From contig CAVYSW010000010.1 of the NCBI GenBank assembly GCA_963771275.1, positions 640,001 to 704,000 of the forward strand: DNA of 64,000 nt, written 5' to 3'. The notes under the pieces are model-generated. The model ran no database searches. It saw nothing but the letters and a program-made list of their open reading frames with translations, and was not told the DNA's origin. Of the stretch, positions 57,616 through 64,000 are shown piece after piece. The number at the start of each line of letters is the position of its first letter. Position 1 is the stretch's first letter. The position numbers and the translations under genes were made by a program. Source of the stretch: an uncultured Gemmatimonadales bacterium. GTDB taxonomy: Bacteria > Gemmatimonadota > Gemmatimonadetes > Gemmatimonadales > GWC2-71-9.

Positions 57616-58109
57616 CCCGTTGCTCGTACCCGCAGCCAGCCCTGGAGGATCATCTCAACCAGCACGCCGACCATTGCCGTGGTGAGGCCCTGCAGCGGCG
57701 TCCACAGGCCGAGCTGCCAGGCGATGCTGGTGCCGCCGGCATGCCCGCCCCACAGGAGCACGAGCACGTCCCGCATGAGGACCCCCCCGAAGAAGAAGGC
57801 CGCGGCGACGAGCCGGTTTTCGGCGAAGAAGACCGCCTTCCCCCAGGCGGCGAGGAAACCGACCGCGGAGTACGCCAGCATCGCGGACCCGAAAGCCACC
57901 GGGTTGAGCGAGTCGCTCAGCAGGCCCACGAGATAGCCCGCCACGGCCGCCCGCCCCGGGCGGGCGCGGATGGCGTAGACGAGGAGCGCCAGTAGCAGGA
58001 AGTCGGGCGCCACCCGGGGACTCCCCAGCCAGGGCCGTAGTCCGAAATGGAGCACGACCAACACCGCGAGCACCACCCAGAGCCGTCTCACACCGGACGC
58101 GCGCGTCAT
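57612..58109 (-). CDS. mreD: rod shape-determining protein MreD
   Basis: Very hydrophobic, PDFLLL, GLLSD; lies between mreC and mrdA with ATGA overlaps. Confidence 0.9.
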   Translation of the reverse strand: MTRASGVRRLWVVLAVLVVLHFGLRPWLGSPRVAPDFLLLALLVYAIRARPGRAAVAGYLVGLLSDSLNPVAFGSAMLAYSAVGFLAAWGKAVFFAENRLVAAAFFFGGVLMRDVLVLLWGGHAGGTSIAWQLGLWTPLQGLTTAMVGVLVEMILQGWLRVRATG

Positions 58110-58939
58110 CGCGCTTCCTCGGGGAACGCCGAGAACACGTCGGGGGCTGGGCTCACCAGGATGATCACGTGGGTGGCGGAGGCCGGATGCACGGCCGCCA
58201 GCACCCGATAGGTCCGCGACAGCCCTTCCTGCTCGCCGGTCACACCCCGCACCTCGCCGATCGGGATGCCCCGGGGGTAGACCCCGCCGAAGCCGGAGGT
58301 ATACAGCTTGGTTCCGTCTGGTACCACGTCGCGGTACGGCACGCCGCTGAGGCTCATCCCCAGGGTGTTCGGGCCGGTCGCCCCGTCGGGCGCGACGAGC
58401 CCGAAGACCGACCCGTCCCGGGTCATCGCGCTGACCCGGAAGTCGGGATGGGTCCACAGCACCGCCACCGAGCGCTTGGCGTCCACGCTGCGCACGACGC
58501 CCAGCAGCCCGAGCGGGGTGACCACCGGCGACAGCGGCCGGACCCCCTGGTCGGTGCCGGCGGACAGGAGCACGGAGACGCCCGCGGTGGGGGTCGACTC
58601 CCGCAGGATCTCGGCGGAAACGGCGCGACCGGTCAGCCGGCCGCTCAGGCTGAGGAGCTGTCGCAGTCGCGCGTTTTCCTCCTCGAGGCCTTCAGCCCGC
58701 AGCGCCATCACGACCGCGGAGTCGCGCTCGGCCACCAGGGCGTCCACGCGGGTCAGCGAGCTCTGGAGCAATTGCGCTTGATCCTGCAAGGCGAGAAACG
58801 GCGCAAGCAGCGTGCTCCGCACGGCCGCCGCGACCCCTGCCTGGACCGACCCGGGAACCGCGCGCGCGACGAGCGCCAGCACGACACACGCCACGAACGC
58901 CAGGGTGTCCCACCGCGAAGTGAACCGCTCGGACACCAC
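58106..58939 (-). CDS. mreC: rod shape-determining protein MreC
   Basis: TM helix, coiled coil ENARLRQLL, G..QGV, TSGFGGVYPRGIPIG. Confidence 0.93.
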   Translation of the reverse strand: MVSERFTSRWDTLAFVACVVLALVARAVPGSVQAGVAAAVRSTLLAPFLALQDQAQLLQSSLTRVDALVAERDSAVVMALRAEGLEEENARLRQLLSLSGRLTGRAVSAEILRESTPTAGVSVLLSAGTDQGVRPLSPVVTPLGLLGVVRSVDAKRSVAVLWTHPDFRVSAMTRDGSVFGLVAPDGATGPNTLGMSLSGVPYRDVVPDGTKLYTSGFGGVYPRGIPIGEVRGVTGEQEGLSRTYRVLAAVHPASATHVIILVSPAPDVFSAFPEEAR

Positions 58940-58946
58940 GACCGGC

Positions 58947-59984
58947 TCAGGTCATCAGGACGGTACGGTACTTCTCGGGATCGTCGAGAATCCGACCGGT
59001 GCCGCGCACGACGCACGTCAGGGGGTCTTCGTCAACGCGGATCGGCAGCGACGTGTCCTGCGTGAGCAGCAGGTCGAGCCCCCGGATCAGGGCGCCGCCT
59101 CCCGCCATCACGATGCCGCGGTCCACGATGTCGCTGGCGAGCTCCGGCGGGGTGATCTCGAGCGCACGCCGCACGGCATCGACGATCTGCTGGATCGGTT
59201 CCTGGATGGCTTCGCGGATCTCGCTGGAGTGCACGCGGACCACCTTGGGAATACCGGAAACGAGGTCGCGGCCCTTGGCTTCCATTTCCTGCTCTTCGCC
59301 GACCGGCGCCGCGGAGCCGATCTGGATCTTGATGGTCTCGGCGGTGGGCTCCCCGATCAGGAGGTTGTAGTTCTTGCGCATGAACTGCACGATCGCCTGG
59401 TCCATCTCGTCGCCGCCGGTGCGGATCGACGTGTCGCTCACGATCCCCGACAGGGCGATCACCGCAATCTCGGTCGTCCCCCCACCGATGTCGATCACCA
59501 TGTTGCCCGTCGGCGTCTCGACCGGGAGCCCGACCCCGATCGCGGCGGCCATGGGCTCGGCGACCATGTAGACCTCTTTGGCCCCTGCCGACTGGGCGCT
59601 GTCGCGCACCGCGCGTTTCTCCACCTCGGTGATGCCGCTCGGCACGCCGACGACCACCTTGGGCTTGACCCGGAAGAAGTGCTTGCTGATGATCGACGCG
59701 AGAAAGTACCGCAACATCTTCTCGGTCACGTCGAAATCGGCGATCACGCCATCTTTGAGGGGCCGCACCGCCAGGATGCCTTCCGGCGTGCGTCCGAGCA
59801 TCCGCTTCGCCTCCAGCCCGATGCCCTTGATCTTGCCCGTGCTCTTTTCGATGGCCACGACCGACGGTTCGTTCAGCACGATCCCTTCACCCCGGACGTA
59901 GATCAGGGTGTTCGACGTGCCGAGATCCACCGCGATCTCATTCGCGGGTAACAGGCTTCCGAGTCTCAGTCTGGGCAGGCGCAT
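58947..59984 (-). CDS. mreB: rod shape-determining protein MreB
   Basis: VDLGTSNT, EPSVVA, RPLKDGVIADF, EPMAAAIG, DIGGGTTE, TPPELASDI. Confidence 0.98.
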   Translation of the reverse strand: MRLPRLRLGSLLPANEIAVDLGTSNTLIYVRGEGIVLNEPSVVAIEKSTGKIKGIGLEAKRMLGRTPEGILAVRPLKDGVIADFDVTEKMLRYFLASIISKHFFRVKPKVVVGVPSGITEVEKRAVRDSAQSAGAKEVYMVAEPMAAAIGVGLPVETPTGNMVIDIGGGTTEIAVIALSGIVSDTSIRTGGDEMDQAIVQFMRKNYNLLIGEPTAETIKIQIGSAAPVGEEQEMEAKGRDLVSGIPKVVRVHSSEIREAIQEPIQQIVDAVRRALEITPPELASDIVDRGIVMAGGGALIRGLDLLLTQDTSLPIRVDEDPLTCVVRGTGRILDDPEKYRTVLMT

Positions 59985-60053
59985 GCGCGATCGTGAATGC
60001 TGGTCGACACCAGAAGGTGCCCTGCGCGGACCAGGGCGTTGCACAGGCGCCTC

Positions 60054-60082
60054 AACATAATGGCTGCCCTAAGTTATGACAA
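60054..60082 (-). promoter_or_regulatory. mreB-operon sigma70 promoter
   Basis: Minus strand TTGTCA(60082-60077)-N17-TATGTT(60059-60054) in an AT-rich patch. Confidence 0.65.
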
Positions 60083-60171
60083 GATCGTGAGTTAAACCAG
60101 GCCACCGCAGCCCTTGCCTGAGCCCGGTCGGGTGGCCGCCCCGGCGGCCGCGTGGGTGTCGACGAGCGGCC

Positions 60172-60209
60172 CGAAACGCGAACGGGGCTCCGGCGGCGAG
60201 CCGGGCCCC
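60172..60209 (-). terminator. terminator-like hairpin after ald
   Basis: GGGGC(T)CCGGC/GCCGGGCCCC stem (60184-60209) followed on the minus strand by GTTCGCGTTTCG. Confidence 0.55.
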
Positions 60210-60230
60210 GAGCGCGGGCGCCTGGGCCGC

Positions 60231-61343
60231 CTAAAGCAGGCTGTCGAGACCGTGCAGCTTCATCCCGAACGCTTCCGCGACGCCGGGATAGACCACCTTG
60301 CCCCCGATGATGTTGAGACCCAGCGCAAGCGCCCGATCCGCCTTGCAGGCGTCCTGCCACCCCAGGCGCGCGAGCGTACGCGCGTAGACAAATGTGGCGT
60401 TGGTGAGCGCCAGCGTGGACGTGCGCGGCACCGCGCCAGGCATGTTCGCCACGCCATAGTGCACCACCCCGTCCACGATGTAGGTAGGCTTCTCGTGCGT
60501 CGTCGGCTTGATGGTCTCCACGCACCCGCCCTGGTCCACCGCGACGTCCACGATGACCGAGCCCGGCTTCATCCGCTTGAGGTCCCCGCGGCGCACGAGC
60601 TTGGGCGCCTTGGCGCCGGGGACCAGCACTCCGCCGATCAGGAGATCGGCCTTCTCCAACTGCTCGAGCAGGGTGAACCGATCGGAGTAGATCAGGTCTA
60701 CGTTGGCGGGCATCACGTCGGACAAATAGCGCAGGCGTTCCAGGTTCACGTCGAGGATCGTCACGTGGGCGCCGAGCCCGGCAGCCATCTTGGCCGCGTT
60801 CGTCCCGACGACACCGCCCCCGATCACCAGGACCTCCGCCGGGCTCACGCCGGGAACGCCTCCCAGCAGGATGCCCCGCCCGCCCAGCAGCTTCTCGAGG
60901 TACTTGGCGCCCTCCTGCACCGCCATGCGGCCCGCGACCTCGCTCATGGGGGTAAGCAGCGGCAGCTCGCCCGACGCCAGCTGGACGGTTTCGTACGCGA
61001 TGGCCACACTGCCGGATTTCAGGACGGCTTTGGTCAGGACCTCGTCCGCCGCGAAATGGAAATACGTAAAGAGCAGCTGACCCTTCCGCATCATCGGCCA
61101 CTCGGACTGGATCGGCTCCTTGACCTTCACGATCATGTCGGCCTTGGCCCAGAGCTCCTCCACTTTGGCCACCAGGGTGGCTCCGGCCTCGCGGTACTGC
61201 GCATCGGCGAATCCGCTGCCTTCGCCGGCCCCTGCTTCGATGAGCACCGTGTGGGAGTCTGCGACCAGTCCCTGCGCACCCGCCGGGACCAGCGCGACCC
61301 GGTTCTCATTGGTCTTTATTTCCTTCGGTACGCCAATGATCAT
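60231..61343 (-). CDS. ald: alanine dehydrogenase
   Basis: MIIGVPKEIKTNENRV, VKVKEP, PMSEVAGR, GGGVVG, DVAVDQGG, VANMPGAVP. Confidence 0.97.
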   Translation of the reverse strand: MIIGVPKEIKTNENRVALVPAGAQGLVADSHTVLIEAGAGEGSGFADAQYREAGATLVAKVEELWAKADMIVKVKEPIQSEWPMMRKGQLLFTYFHFAADEVLTKAVLKSGSVAIAYETVQLASGELPLLTPMSEVAGRMAVQEGAKYLEKLLGGRGILLGGVPGVSPAEVLVIGGGVVGTNAAKMAAGLGAHVTILDVNLERLRYLSDVMPANVDLIYSDRFTLLEQLEKADLLIGGVLVPGAKAPKLVRRGDLKRMKPGSVIVDVAVDQGGCVETIKPTTHEKPTYIVDGVVHYGVANMPGAVPRTSTLALTNATFVYARTLARLGWQDACKADRALALGLNIIGGKVVYPGVAEAFGMKLHGLDSLL

Positions 61344-61365
61344 GGCTAGCTCGTTCGGCTGAGGG

Positions 61366-62616
61366 TTACTGTGGACCGAGCCAGACGGCCGTCTGGCGCT
61401 CGGCATCCAGGAATTCCCCTGCGACCGCCGCGACCTCATCCTGACGCACGGCTTCGATCTCCCGGAGGGTCTCGTCGATCGTATGGTACGATACCTCATT
61501 GAGCGGGAACCCCGCCAGCCGGTACATTCGTGCCGACGGGCTCTCGAGCGCGAGGGTCACCTGACCCTTGAGCTGCTGTTTCGCCTCTGTCAACGTCGCC
61601 GCGTCGAGGCCCTCCGCCGCCATCCGCCGCAGCTCCGTACGAATCGCGTCCATCGCCGGGTCGGCGGTGGACGGGTGGGTACCCACGTACACCCCACACA
61701 CGCCACCCTGGCGGTAGAACGACTGGAACGCGAACACGGAATACGCCAGTCCGCGCTCCTCGCGAACCTGCTGAAACAGCCGGCTCGACATGCCGCCGCC
61801 GAGCACATTGGCGAGGAGGATGAGCGCGTAGCGCCGCGGATCGCGGTAGGGGAACGTGTCGGTGCCGAGCACGATGTGCGTCTGCGCCAGATCCCGCCCC
61901 ACGCGGATCTCGCGCCCGCGCACCGCGGGGAGCGGCAGCACTTCGACGGGATCGGGACCGGGCGGGAACCCGAACCAGCCGCACTCCGCGAGCAGCGCCA
62001 ACAGCCCCTCGTGCTCGACCGAGCCGGCCGCCGCGATCACCACGTGGCGTGGATGGTACGCGCGCGCGTGCAGCTCCCGGAGGTGCTCCGCGCGAAGCTG
62101 CCCCACCGTCTCCCGCGTGCCGATGATGGGGTAGCCGTACGAGTGCTCCGGCCACAGGGCGGCGGCATGCACGTCGAACACGAGGTCATCGGGGGTGTCG
62201 TCGATCGTGCTGATTTCCTCCAGCACGACCTTGCGCTCCAGCTCGAGGTCCCGCGCGCGCAGCGCTGGGTGGCGCACCAGATCGGTCAGAACGTCGAGCG
62301 CCCGCGGCAGATCCTCGTCGAGCACGCGCGCCTGGTAGGAGGTGTGGTCGCGCGACGTGAAGGCATCGAGCGAGCCGCCCCGCACCTCCAGGGCCAGCGC
62401 GATGTCCCGCGCGGTGCGGCGGTCGGTGCCCTTGAAGACCATGTGTTCGAGGAGGTGGGAAACGCCCATGACCGCCCGCTCCTCGTGCGCGGAGGCGGTG
62501 CGCACCCACATCCCCACCGCCACCGACCGGACGGTGGGGAGTGCTTCCGAGAGAACGACGACGCCGTTCTCGGCCTCGGTGCGGTACAGGCCCTCGTCGA
62601 GCCGCAGCGTCCGCAC
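61366..62616 (-). CDS. M16 (pitrilysin/insulinase) family zinc peptidase
   Basis: HLLEH (HxxEH), FKGT, ERKVVLEE, LGGGMSSRLFQ.VRE.RGLAYSV; the pnp-M16 order is common. Confidence 0.93.
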   Translation of the reverse strand: MRTLRLDEGLYRTEAENGVVVLSEALPTVRSVAVGMWVRTASAHEERAVMGVSHLLEHMVFKGTDRRTARDIALALEVRGGSLDAFTSRDHTSYQARVLDEDLPRALDVLTDLVRHPALRARDLELERKVVLEEISTIDDTPDDLVFDVHAAALWPEHSYGYPIIGTRETVGQLRAEHLRELHARAYHPRHVVIAAAGSVEHEGLLALLAECGWFGFPPGPDPVEVLPLPAVRGREIRVGRDLAQTHIVLGTDTFPYRDPRRYALILLANVLGGGMSSRLFQQVREERGLAYSVFAFQSFYRQGGVCGVYVGTHPSTADPAMDAIRTELRRMAAEGLDAATLTEAKQQLKGQVTLALESPSARMYRLAGFPLNEVSYHTIDETLREIEAVRQDEVAAVAGEFLDAERQTAVWLGPQ

Positions 62617-62620
62617 CGGA

Positions 62621-64000
<1,380 letters not shown>

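Noticed and set aside
60050..60082. CATAA...TTATG inverted repeat as a dif (XerCD) site
   Set aside because: The spacer is 13 nt rather than 6 and the XerD arm is incomplete; the promoter explains it better.

Overview
A very GC-rich (roughly 70% by eye), gene-dense stretch of bacterial core chromosome, most likely Gemmatimonadota. The taxon is inferred from gene order, protein style and the tmRNA tag ANTDLALAA. It holds about 60 protein genes, most of them translationally coupled through NTGA stop/start overlaps. In order: (-) PTS EIIA-aspS-phoH-7TM/HD-ybeY-two CNNM/CBS genes; (+) PorV-like barrel-rlmN; (-) trpD, [lexA on +], trpC-trpB-HEAT-HD-GYP-trpA-folB-folK-panB-panC-yqeK-LytR_C; (+) truA-fsa/tal-degP-purB-purC-psd-pssA-lipoprotein-zf-TFIIB-purF-ppdK; a less core-like block (Nudix, GT2, 670-bp non-coding gap, mtgA-ligA-polX, ArsB/NhaD permease); tmRNA, a GGDEF gene, tRNA-Arg(UCG), larB, dusB, a second EIIA; and (-) pnp-M16 peptidase-ald, mreBCD-mrdA-rodA-accD-folC-hisS-lipoprotein-proS-lysA-guaA. 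I found no integrase, transposase, CRISPR array or prophage. Best novelty candidates: (1) an unannotated ~410-nt, apparently highly structured RNA behind an AT-rich promoter island (35138-35552); (2) a HEAT-repeat/HD-GYP pair that share a paralogous, unnamed N-terminal domain and sit inside the trp operon; (3) a readable direct-repeat LexA operator in the trpC/lexA divergent gap; (4) probable CTG starts for folC and rlmN; (5) a rare tRNA-Arg(UCG). All calls come from motif recognition by eye; no searches were run.
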